NCBI GenBank assembly: GCA_965153455.1
Contig: OZ234493.1
Span: 25,720,213 to 25,784,212 of the forward strand
DNA from: Sphagnum compactum
Lineage: Eukaryota
Reading direction: 5' to 3'
Length of the DNA stretch: 64,000 nt
This document shows positions 1-12,010 of this stretch, in pieces. Each line of letters starts with the position of its first letter. The first letter of the stretch is position 1. The position numbers and the translations under genes are program-made. Under the pieces are notes generated by a model. That model had not been told where the DNA came from and did not search any database. It was given only the letters and a program-made list of their open reading frames with translations.

Positions 1-2344
1 ATTACAACTATCCAATGGAAATACGACAAATTAATAAATAAAATGCCACATTAGAAAATCAAGGGGTTGTGTTATAGTTGTAAATTAGTTGCAAGATGCA
101 TATTTATACAGTACAATGTATGCACTGTATACATGGTTGTAGTCAACAATGTTTGATTTTGTTGACAAGTTGCACTTTAGTTGCATGTAATAACTACATC
201 ACGACTAAGATAAATTTAGTTACTAATCAATAACTACTTTGCAACAAATGTATGACCTTCAGTAACACATACAATCATGTCACGTGTATACATTTTCATT
301 GCCCAATATATATGACATATCAACTTGTTTGCAACTAGTATGCAACTATATTTCAACTTAAATTTTGAAATTTAAAGATTTGAAATTTGGGTGGGAAACC
401 TTTAAGCAAGTGACGCATGGCAGTATATCAATAGATTTGCCCCAATGCATCAACAACCTTTATGCACTTATGCTTATTGTCAAGAAATTCAAGATGAATT
501 TTTTTAAAAAATCTTTTTATTCAAACATTTTTTGTATTTCCTAGTTTTTTTGTGATGCAATTTTCATATCATGTTATAACTAAGAATATTTTTGTTTGTT
601 AGTTTAAAACTAAATTTAAAAGGTTGTTAAAAGTTATATTATTTATTTAAATAACTTGGATATTGAAGGTTTTTGTTTTTTATTTTGGAGCTTAAAGGTT
701 CTTGTTTTTATTCTTTGAGAGGTTGACGCTTTTGTTTTTATTTTGGAAGTTTAAAGTTCTTGTTTTTACTCTTTGAAAGGTTGAAGCTTTTGTTTTCTCT
801 TTTGAAGGTTGAAGGTTCTTGTTTTTACTCTTAAAGAGGTTGAAGGCTTTTGTTTCTGTTCTTGGAGGTTGAAGGTTATTGTTTTTGTTCTGAAAAAGGT
901 TAAAGGCTTTTATTTTTACTTTTGGAGGTTGAAAATTTTTGTTTTTTCTTTTAAAAAGGTTGAAGGCTTTTGTTTATGCTTTTGGAGGTTGAAGGTTCTT
1001 CTTCTTGCTCTTAAAGAGGTTGAAGGCTTTTGTTTTTGTCCTTGGAAGTTGAAGGTTCTTGTTTTTGCTCTTAAAGATGTTGAAGGCTTTTGTTTTTGTT
1101 CTTGGAGGTTGAAGGTTCTTGTCTTTCTCTTAGAGAGGTTGAAGGTTTTTGCTCTTGCTCTTGAATGTGAAAGGTTTTTGTTGTTTCTTTTGAATGTTGA
1201 AGGTTCTACTCATACTTTTGGATGTTGAAGGTTCTTACTTTTATTTTTGAATGTTAAAGGTTATTGCTCTTATTCTTAGATGTTCAAAATTCTTACTTTT
1301 GGTTTTAGATGTTGAAAGTTCTTACTTTCATTTTTGGATATTGAAGGTTCTTATTTTTGTTGTTTTTATGTTATAAGGTTGAACTTTCATTATGTTTCAA
1401 TCCATCAACATCAAAATTATGTATACAAGGTAAGATTTTTTCAAAAGTACCTAAAATTGTAATTCAATTTACTTGTTTGTAAGCACAATATTTGATTATA
1501 TTTGCAAGTGTACAAATTATAGTTTAGTTTATATCAATGTTTTATACATTGCATTTTAGTGACAAATAAGTCACATATTAATAGCAATATAGTTGTAAAC
1601 TAATTTTATTCAAGTTGAAGGGATCATTTACATATTTTTGATTTTACAATGTTATGATATGCCACTGATTTCATTTCACATGTGGAACTAAATATTAGAA
1701 CATGGCAAAATTCAAACAGATAAGGTGCATTGAAGAAATTGCATGGCTCAAGTCCCATTTCAACAAAAATAAAAGAAAACATTCATTTATAAAATATAGG
1801 GTTTTAAATGACAATAGTTAATTGTTGTGGGTCATCATTTTTATGATATGACCTTTTGTTTAGATAGGGAAAAATGTTTGTTATATATAGTTTCGGCATT
1901 AGATTTAGATTCATAGTTAAATTGTCTTTTGATAGAAACATTATAAAAAAATTGTAATGTATTCTTCAATATGGAATGTAAATGCATTTAAAGTTTCAAA
2001 TCCATTTCATGTTTATAAATAATGATGTCCAATACAATTCAACATTATCTATTATAATTAAGACGACACGATAATGGTTATGTGAAATCTAAATAATTGC
2101 ATTGTAGGTTGCAATTCAGTTGTTTTGTACTACTAAAATCAACTACCATACAATTGCTTTGAAACCTAAATGTAAACACCTAGTTGCAAATTAATCATTA
2201 AATCTTTTATTTTCATTTCATCTTTAATTGTAAGTTAGTTGCAAAGGATAGGAACAAAATTCATTGTTCAAATGGATGAATGAAATAATTAAAGAATATA
2301 TTCGTTAAACTAGTTATAAATAGTTGTAAATAAGTTGCAGACTG
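1..2344. mobile_element. Non-autonomous DNA transposon (probably hAT-like); left end lies outside the window
   Basis: Clustered (T)AGTTGCAA/TTGCAACTA subterminal motifs at 1-360 and 2100-2340, ending in ...TAAGTTGCAGACTG at 2344 (reverse complement CAGTCTGCAACTTA, a CAG-type terminus). Very AT-rich and carries an internal satellite. No TSD can be checked. Confidence 0.5.
660..1385. repeat. Minisatellite of ~28-31 bp units (TGAAGG...TTGTTTTT...GGT) with a 60-bp A/B higher-order period in the core
   Basis: Lines 841-1140 repeat with an exact 60-bp period, made of a TGAAGGCTTTTG.. unit plus a TGAAGGTTCTTG.. unit. This explains the 20-aa repetitive ORF 809-1228. Confidence 0.9.
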
Positions 2345-2632
2345 GGGAAAGTCATTTTGTGTTTGTGTTCAGCTCATTTGATGAAGCTCAGTTACTTTGG
2401 AAAGTGTGTCATCATCAGTTTTTGAAATAACAGTGGTGGTGTTGGTAGTGGTGTGGTGGTGGGCATTTCATAACTTGAAAAATCAAACAAGTCCTCTCTT
2501 CATGGACTTCATCAACAAGCAAATGCCAAGAGTTTCTTGTAGACATGGAAAGAGGTTTCACAATTTGTTTGTTGATGCCTTGTTTCTGTTTTTGGTTGAC
2601 AAAGCATACAAGTCTTGTTTTGGGTGGCCCAG

Positions 2633-4882
2633 GGATCTTCCGGTCATTGAGTGATGCTTTATCAGAAGAAGGGAAGCCTTTGCCTTTTCACATGAAGACA
2701 GCTTGTGGACTGGTGGGGCACCCTTGATGTGACATGAAACACATATTTCATAAATCTGTTGCTGTCTTCTGCTCTTACAGGACTTCATAGACAGCTGCCC
2801 ACAATGCTAATCAGAGAGTTAGTCATTCTTTTTGAGATGCTTGAAATAAATCTTTGGTATGATGTTTACTTGATCTGAATATGCAAATACAATAGCAGTT
2901 TTTCTGTTTTTTGTGAGTCTTGATATGTTCAATGACTTCGCTGTTAGGTGGCAGGGGCTCTCAGCTCAGTCATAGGAAACCCAGCAGATTTGGCACTCCT
3001 TGGTATGCAAGATGATGCTCCCTCCCCTTGTCACAGTGCTGCCATTACCATTTTTACTGCATTTACTTCTCCATTTTGGTTTGAAGCACAATCTGATTCT
3101 GTCATCTCACATTATTCCAGTAACAAGAACATGTTTAGCTGATGAGTAGCAGTAGTTCCGGTACAGGAATGCTTTTGATGCCTTACATCGAGTAGTCAAA
3201 GAAGAGGGTCTGTCAAGGCTATGGCTGGGAGCTGGACCTACTATTGCCCGGGCTATGGCAGTTAATGTTGCTATGCTTGCCACTTATGACCACACCAAAG
3301 AGGTTGGATTTTCTTTCTAAATCAAATGGTCTATTAGGTAATGGGCCATTGGAAGGAACTATCCAAGCAAAGGGCAGCTGTGAGCTGGGTCTGACCAATG
3401 GCCATTATCTGACTTAATTAAAATTCATTAGAGATTCTGCCATATCATTAGGAACTTTGTAGATTATTTGCCAGAAACCACCATGTTCTATGTGCTGGTT
3501 GCATGCATTTGAAAGAGCAATTGACCTCAGAAAATCACAACACAAGAAATGCATAAGGTGGAGACATCAGAAAATAGGCAGAGGGCAGGATAGGGAGGAA
3601 GATGGAAACATTTTGGTGACCAGAAATTTCTCTTGGTGGTTGATGATTTCACAGGTGATAATCAAGCACTGGACACACAGGGATTGTTTCTTGGCGCAAA
3701 TGGGGGCAAGTTCTGTGTCTGGCCTCTCCATTGCTGTTTTCAGGTGCGTACTTAGAAAAAGAAAAAGTTTTGGAAAATATTATATTCCGATGAGTAAGGC
3801 TTCTGTAATGCTCTGTTGCATCTTCATGTAAGCCCAAGTTTTGGTGACAATGGGCTCCTCATGAACACCACATTTGTTGTACATTTTGACATTGTTTCAT
3901 TTTTATGAATGTATTTATGAAAGACTGTAGCACAAAATAATGATATTGGGTCTACCTTGTTCTTCTCTCAAGTCAGGTTTTTTGGTAACATGAAATTTCT
4001 GATTTTATTGACCTGAATTTTATCAACACAGGAGCATGTAGTATTGGGCTGTAACTAAACAAATTCATTACTCATCTTTTTCAATAGTTATGTTCTGAAT
4101 TCTATTAGGTGAATTTGGATGCTTATTTACGTAGTATAGCATATGCTCTATGTCAGTCCTTCATCAACATGGTTTGGAGCTTATTTTGTGCATTATGTTG
4201 AGAGGTGATTTGCAGCCTTCCTTTTGACTTTGTGAAGACACAAGTACAGAGGATGAAGCCATTGCCAATAGGTGTTATGCCATACCACATATGCCCTGGA
4301 TTGTGTCCATAAGGTACTCCCGTCTTGTTCACAACTTTTCGCGAATAGACTTCAGATTGTAAAACAGTGCATAATAATCCTCATAAAGATTGCAGAACAA
4401 AATAGAGGTGTGAAAAGATGTGGTTTACTGACTGTTCGCAGCATTTGGTTGTCAGGTTTTGAAACACGAATGTTTTTTCACCTTCTACAGGTACACTTTC
4501 AGAATTCTTTTGAGCACTTTTGAGTACTGTATCTGTATGGTAGTGTAATGTTTTTAAAAGGTGGTCAATTTATAAGCAATGACCTTGAGCATGGTAATGA
4601 TGAATAATAAAATAGTGTGTGTTTTGCACTGCTCTTTGTTACTGTTAATCCCTGAAAATTGTCACAACTTGCAACATTTGCCGAGGATACAAATTTTATC
4701 AGAGCTTGAGACTAAAAGACATAGTCCAATGTGCTGTTGCTAATGGGGGATATCAGGTCCTTGTTTTTTTTTTCCTCATCAGGGGGTTTACAACATATTA
4801 CCTTCAATGTGCACCACATGAAATGCTTGTCCTTCTATTTATGGAACGCTTACAATTGGCTGCTGGATGGCTTGGAATTTAA
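2633..4882 (+). pseudogene. Mitochondrial carrier (DTC/2-oxoglutarate-malate type) pseudogene with introns; 5' part not visible
   Basis: Exons: 2633-2712 (GIFRSLSDALSEEGKPLPFHMKTACGL), 2948-3050 (VAGALSSVIGNPADLALLGMQDDA/LPLSQCCHY), 3167-3302 (NAFDALHRVVKEEGLSRLWLGAGPTIARAMAVNVAMLATYDHTKE), 3655-3743 (..GASSVSGLSIAVFS), 4216-4313 (LPFDFVKTQVQRM..PYH/YALDCVHK), 4456-4490 (VLKHECFFTFYR) and 4783-4882 (GFTTYYLQCAPHEM..GI*). Phases are compatible and carrier PxD/ExxK/R signatures are present. Lesions: frameshifts near 3020 and 4289, and a TT instead of GT donor at 3051. Confidence 0.88.
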
Positions 4883-7706
4883 ATATGGGAGATCCTGTGC
4901 CGCTCATAATGCATATTGAAGTAAGTATTAATGGGGTTGTGGTATAGAAAAAAGAGTGCATGACTATGTGGGTGGTGTGTGCATTATGTAAGGTTAGGTT
5001 TAGGCTAAAGCCATCTCATCATACACTAAGACAACTAACTGAGATTCAGGAAATTCTTAAGAACATCAACTCATGCTCATGACAAACGTTCACATTGGTA
5101 TGGAACAGGTAGCAGAATTCCAAATAGCATTAACTTTGTTATCAAATGCCATAACATTCAGATTTGCTACATTGGAGCTCCATATCCTTGGGAGCAACTA
5201 TATTAGATGAGATGAGAGTTGGGTTGATTTTTCTTGCAGATGCAACATGTCGCCAAGGATATTCTGATTGGCAAGCCATGAAGTAGGGAGGTGCCAAAAT
5301 AGCACATGCCACAAAAACTGTAGATTTGCCTGGCCTACATCTTTTGCTACTGTTCATATTCTTCATTAAATCAAATTTTGCCAGAACAGAATCTTTCAAA
5401 TCTTATGAAGTGATGATACCCAGAGTGATGAAATGGTACCAAATTTTGCTCAAGTTTCAGTTACACTCAAACCGGGTATGGAGCTCAAACTAGGTCCCAG
5501 AGACAGGGTTTAAGTATAACTTTGGCTTCTAAATCTTAACTTTGGCTTGCAAATCAAAGGAGGCCCAATTTTGAAGGGGCAGTTGATTGGGTAACATGTG
5601 TTCTTTGATTGTGCCTATAGTTTGAACCCCCGAGTACCCATATGGTTTTTCGGTCACTAGTTGACCTAATGGCTATGTTTACAATTGGATTATTAACATT
5701 TGCCATGGCCTAGTGTTGATTTGAACCAGTGTTGGCCGAATATTCATTTTGTTAAATACCCAGCCAGGGTACATGTAGGGTATTTGAAAAAATATATAGA
5801 ATTTTCATCTCATGCAGGGTGTGAAATAACCAGATTTTGAAAAATTAATGGACCTTCCTGGCATCAAATTGCATGTCTAAACAAAATCCTCAGTTATCAA
5901 TATGCCCTGGTATGTTTTTGACAATACCCACTTATTACATGGAAGGGTTGATTTTTGGAATATTTGACCCAAGAACCTCCTAATACCCACCCTTTGCTCC
6001 TCCTTCCTCCAAGAAGCAGAATTGATTTACAAACCTTTCAATTGATGCTACAGTTAGAAGCCTCTATAGTAACCCTTCAAAATTGCCAAATCCTTGGAAT
6101 TTAAACCTCTTTGAGTTTCAGCGCAATCTTGGATATGGATCCACTAAAGCTTCCAAAATTGTCAATGCTTTAGACTAGGGTCCAAGGTCCAATGAAATAG
6201 AGCAATCCTATTTGGTTGAGAGCCATAAATTGTACCCCCGGCCTTTAGATGAGGGTCCAAGACCAAAAAGTGGCAAATTGAGTCTAAACCTACATGGCAC
6301 CATTTTGGAGGGAAAATGAATTGGTTTAGACCAAAAACATAGAGCTCAAAGAAGAGCTCATGATTTGGAGAACCAAGATGCAAGCTAGGCTCCAAGGCAT
6401 GGTCCAATTCAAAGGAATCAATTTATTTCAAATTAGTCCAAATTGGTTCCTAGGAATTTGGAACCTGGACTCCCATCTAAAGTGAGCCTTGGCTCACCAA
6501 TTTTTCAGTGGGCTGCTGCACTCGGTCAGGGTTCTTCATCTCTTCCACACATCATAGCTGGTGCATCTCTATCGCTAGTCGATTTGTGGCAGATAGCAGT
6601 TCTTTCGTCTTAGGTCTTCTTTGTTATCGTTGATTGTCATTTTGTAATCATGAGTCCTCTTTGCATAGGATCTTTACCTAATTTTTGTTGATTGTTTGCT
6701 TTTGTTTTTTCTTTGGGTTGTGTCTACTTGTGTTCCCATTTGCCTTGAACTTTTGATGGATGGGTTCCCGTCCTTGATTTTTATTTACAAGGTTTTTCTT
6801 CTTTTGCTAACCTACTTTACTCACATGATTGACATCTTCTCATATCGATTTAATAGTCATGATGGGTATAAATGGTTCTTGATGTCTAGACAAGCATACA
6901 CTCAGAAACCATTGAGGAGATTTGAGAAACAAAGACATTTGCCTTCTTCCAAGAAGCAAAACAAAAAGTGTTTCAATAACATCATTATTCGTCCCTTTCT
7001 TCCCATGTCTATATGAGCAATTTTACTATACTTCATCAATTGAAACCATTGCATAGGTCCTTGATGTAGTAAATTTGCTATTGAACTATATGTTTGAGTT
7101 CAAAACTCAAAACCATACTTTAAAACGCATGGTGTGAATTGAGATCAAGGGTTCAATTTTGTATTAGTGTTGAGCGAGTAGATATCACTAGAAATCCCCC
7201 AAGATAGAAAACACAATTGCATACAGCCCTAAATGAAATGTGGTTGGACTTCAAATATAAGAGAGAGCTTGTATCAAAATTCAATCCAAAAAGTGCTCCG
7301 CAAAATCAAGGACAAGATTACCATAATATACATGTTACTCCTGATAAAGGAAGGTTTTTGTTCACCATCAACAACACCACACTAGGGAGAGAAGCTTCTA
7401 ATTGTTTAGAGAATGAGAGCAACCCATGTTTTGTAATTGAATCTTCAATCCAATTTAATACAGTACAAAACAGGCAACTTAAGGGATTTTGTGGCTTCAC
7501 ACAAGATGAAAGAAGGTTTGTGCACAAAATGCTTCTTTGCAAGTAACTTTGATAGCAATTGAAGTAATCTTGGAGGTTGTAGTGGCTTGTTGAAGAGGCG
7601 GCTTATAGCATCTGCAAAAAAGCACAGCCTCTGGTGTGGCCATGTCGCCCATCCATATTAGAGATCTCAAATGGCATCTTGAGACCTGAAGCTCGTGTCT
7701 TGTTTC

Positions 7707-10700
7707 TTAAACTGCTGAGTTCAGCCAATTGCCATTGGCTAGTAAAGGTTGCCTTATATCACTTACTGTCGCTCTGGACACATAGCTCTTTGGGACTGGG
7801 ATCAATTTAACAATTGCAGCTATTGGCAAGCTCATAAATCCAATGGACACTGTGACCAACCATTGCTCCTTGGTTAATGGAACAGTGCTGGCAAACTTCC
7901 CCAAAAACTCAACCATAATGACCTGGAAAACTATGGTGAACCCGATGATGAGCAGAAAGATCTTGTTGTCAAAGGTATGGCTGAAAACATTGAGCTTCTC
8001 CATTTCTCGGGCATTCACCTCATTAAAGACCTAGGAAGAATGCAAAGCAAGTTAGAGTCAAATAAGATCCAGACTAAAAACCTGGGGTATGCCAACATCA
8101 ATGTGAATTTGCGACAAGACTGTCACATAATCTATGAATGAAACCAAAATCAAGCAAGAAATAATGCCCACCTGGCAGAACACAAAAGTGTTGAAGATCA
8201 CAGTATTCAACAACTTGTCAGGATTATCATCAGTCAGATGAAGAATCTCTTTTCCCATGTACTGTAGAATAGCAAGAGCAGCCAACTGGTAGACTGCTTG
8301 CCCAATAATGTTACGCCACATCTGATTGCTGATAAAGCTGGTATCACGCCTCACAGGTGGTCTCCTCATCAACTCATCGTAGGGAGGCTCTGTGGCCAGT
8401 GCCAGTGCAGCTAGTGTATCCATGATCAGATTTACCCAAAGCAGCTGCACCGCGGTGAGAGGTGCTGACCCTGAACCCAGACAAAACTCAGTCTAACTAT
8501 CACTAACAGAGTTCTAGCAAGTAATTAAATTTCAGGATCAAGCAAAATGTATATACCTGTGAGACAGGCAGAGGCAAAATTCAAAATGAGGGCCACAATG
8601 TTGACAGTAAGTTGAAACTGCACAAATTTTTGAATGTTGGTGTACACTGAGCGGCCCCACTTGACCACAGTCACTATTGTTGAAAAGTTGTCATCCAAAA
8701 TCACAACATCTGCACTCCCTTTTGCCACCTAATTCCTCAAACCAAACAGTTCAATTAGAGTTGCAATTCTCAACAGTCTTACTTGAGCCAGAGGTCCACA
8801 ACAATGATAAAGAAATGCAATTGACACATTTGAGAAACATAATTACCAGGATTCTTAGAAGTAGTTTACCTCAGTACCAGAAATACCCATGGCCAATCCA
8901 ATATCAGCATTTTGCAGTGCAGGAGCATCATTGGTGCCATCCCCTGTGACAGCAACCACCTCATTCATCTTCTGGAGCTCCCTTACTAAAAGCAGTTTGT
9001 CTGTAGGTGATGACCTTGCCATAACCTGCAGAGAATAAGCAATATTCACACATGTGCCAATGTCACACACAGACAACTAAAAAAATAGCAGAAGACAATC
9101 CTTCTGAAGCCATCTAAAGCATCAAGCCTATAGCATATTTTTTTGGAATATGACAACCTTAACAACAGCTGTGGTTCAAATTCCCAAAATAATCAACCCA
9201 GATAGGACAGCAGTCATTGAGACCATCCAAAATGTGGAAACTAGGGACTCTGAGTCCTGATCAGGAGCCCTGGACAACCATAGGCTGTCCAAGGCAGTTG
9301 AAAAATGTCCACCTTTGAACAAGGATGCTGTATGCCTAAAGATGAAAAGACATTCAGTCAAACTTGTCACCAGACATTGCATCAGTTCTTTAAGAATGCA
9401 AAACAAAACCAAGTCCCCATGCGCTGCTTTTAACCTTCAATTTGCGGATACGGTCCTTCCTTTCATCTGGTCTCAACTTGCGAAACACCGGTCCCTCAAT
9501 AGCGTCACTGTCATCAGTGAGGATGCCACACTCCCTGGCAATGGCTATGGCTGTGTGCAAGTTATCACCTGTTACCATGCATACCTCAATACCTGCTTCA
9601 TTGCAAAGCCTTACAGCCTCTTTTGCACCTTTGCGCAGTGGATCCTTAATTCCCACAATAGCTCCCAATACAAGATCATTGCTGGGAATTGGCTCCAAAC
9701 TGCCAGGAATCCTGTCCACCTCCCTGAAGGCTAAACACAGTGTTCGCAAAGCCTGATCTGCAAAGGCCTTTATAACTCCATTGAGTTGGTCACGTGTTTG
9801 TTCATCCAACTTCACAATGTGGCCATCTGCATCAATGGTCTCATCACATGATGCCAACACTATCTCTGAGGCCCCTTTCCAATGGGCAATTAACTTACCA
9901 TCCTCATGTTCCACAACAATTCCCATCTTCTTTCTTGTGGAATTGAATGGCTCCATTTTCACCACCTTTCTCTTGGAGCAAACTTCCTGGAATTTCCCAC
10001 CCAGATTTAGACCAAATCCTAAAATTGCACAGTCTGTGGGAGTACCAAGAAGCAATGGTGAACCATCATTTTTCACTGAAATGTCACCAGCAGAATTCAG
10101 GAAACTTCCATCAATTAATGTGTTTAAAGCTTCTACTGGCAAATCCTCCTTCATTTTTTCGATTTTCTTGTGAACTGATCCTGCAGCCCATGCCTTCACA
10201 ACAGTCATCTTGTTTGAGGTCAGTGTCCCTGTCTTGTCACTACAGATTATGGTGGCTGATCCCATGGTCTCACAGGCTGACAAATGGCGCACCAATGCCT
10301 TATCAGCCATCATCTTCTTCATTGCAAATGCAAGGGTAAGGGTGACTGCCAGTGGGAGGCCTTCAGGGACAGCCACAACAACAATAGTGACAGCTATTGC
10401 AAAGAAGTTCACAATTGTCATGGCATCTTCTGCTGACCAATCACTGGTTGACTCCTTTGAATACAAAAACCTGCCTAATAGCACCAAGAATGTAAGTAGT
10501 GCAAAACCCAAACCAATCTTGCCAATGAGTGTTGCTACCCCATTGAGCTTCACTTGCAATGGTGTTTCATTGTGACCATCTCCACTCAGGGTAGCCATGA
10601 CATGCCCCCACTCTGTGTTCATTCCAACCCCTGTCACAAGCATTTTACCACTACCATCTTGCACCTTGGTTCCAGAGAGAAGAAAAGGTTTGCTTTCATC

Positions 10701-11934
10701 TTTAATCTTTGGCTGACTCTCTCCAGTCATGCTGGATTCGTCAATGGTCACAGTGCAGCCAGAGAGGTAAAGCCCATCAGCAGGGACTTGGTCACCAATT
10801 TTCAAGTGAACAATATCACCCACAAACAGTTCAAAGATACAGATTTTCTGTCTGCAGTTGTCTCGAGTGACCTCCACAAATATCTTTTTCTTTTCATTGT
10901 CCAGGTCATGAAACTGGAGTGATTGCTGGTAATCACTTGCAGCAGTGACAAAGACCACAAGAATGATACTGAAAGCAATTCCAGCTCCATCATACCAGCC
11001 TTCTTTCCACCCCTTGGTGACAATGCCAATCGCTAGCGAAACAACTGCACAAATTCCAAGGATGATGAGAGTCAAATCATGACATGCCTCCCACACAAAC
11101 ACCCAAAACCCTTTTGGTGGCATCTCGGTGTATTTGTTTTCTCCAAAAGCTTCACGCATCTTGACAAGTTGATTACTGCAGAGCCCCTCATTCACAGAAG
11201 TATGTAGCTTCTCTGCTACACCAAGGACTCCATCATACTGCTGAAGAGCATCAAAATCCTGACCAGACACCAGTTCTGCAAGTGCTTTGACATTGATAGG
11301 AAACCCATGTTTTCTCCAAGCTCGCTTTGCTCCAGCTACAAAATCACAGTTAACAAATACATAAGGGAGAGAAAAAAATGACCTAATTCTTGGCTGTAAG
11401 GAAGAATAATGTCACCACAAGATTCCCGATTCATAAGCAGTGGTTCCAGGAATTGTGCGCAGCTTCAGTACTCTCAAGCATCTTCTGCCATACCGACTCA
11501 GAAGAGACTAAGGCACTTTGTCAACAATGTGCAGAATGTGTTTTGCTTGCTTACCATCAAAAAATCGCCAAGCTGCTTCGACTGCTGTCACCGAAATCCT
11601 AAATCTTCTACGCTGCTGCAAACACGGCAGAGCTTTCAACAAATCAATCCTCATTCCTTGTTGAACAGGAACCAACAAAAAGGAGGAGGGTAAATGAGGA
11701 GGGTTATACCTTCAGTGCTTCTTCTGCTTCTCCTCTCTTCTTGAGGTCAGCAACGTATCGAAAGCGGCGTGAAGCATTCAAAGCAAAGCAGGCCCTACGC
11801 CATCCCTCTAGAGCTTCAGGACTTGATCCCTTGTGAGGAATCTCAAATTTTTTCATTGAAGGGAGATCTTCTATACTGCTACAGCCGATGGAGGAACGGT
11901 CCAGCGATGATGTTGAAGCCAAGTTCTCCTCCAT
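7707..11934 (-). CDS. ACA: Autoinhibited P2B-type Ca2+-transporting ATPase (ACA), 7 exons, 1045 aa
   Basis: Exons 11934-11710, 11615-11555, 11335-9435, 9025-8870, 8728-8557, 8470-8172 and 8030-7707, all GT-AG; total 3138 nt in frame. Motifs: N-terminal autoinhibitory [62 protein letters not shown]. The start ATG at 11934 is inferred from an in-frame stop upstream. Confidence 0.96.
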
Positions 11935-11941
11935 GAGAGAT

Positions 11942-12010
11942 TCAATAACGTTGCAGGCCACTGGAGGCAATGGAGGAGGAGCTGCTCATCATCATCATCA
12001 TCATCATCAT
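11942..12010 (-). promoter_or_regulatory. Putative uORF MMMMMMMMSSSSSIASSGLQRY* opened by an (ATG)8 microsatellite
   Basis: (CAT)8 at 11987-12010 on + reads as 8 consecutive ATGs on -. The frame stays open to TGA at 11944-11942, 7 nt before the ACA ATG at 11934 and out of frame with it. Its presence in the mature mRNA is unproven. Confidence 0.5.

Noticed and set aside
809..1228. 139-aa ORF with 20-aa repeats
   Set aside because: It is the translation of the 60-bp satellite, with a TTG start and no domain.
9315..10922. Several + strand ORFs of 100-140 aa
   Set aside because: Antisense shadows of the long ACA exon.
11417..11485. Exon-like AG..GT segment in ACA intron 2
   Set aside because: It has a stop in the required phase, and exon 2 joins exon 3 in frame without it.
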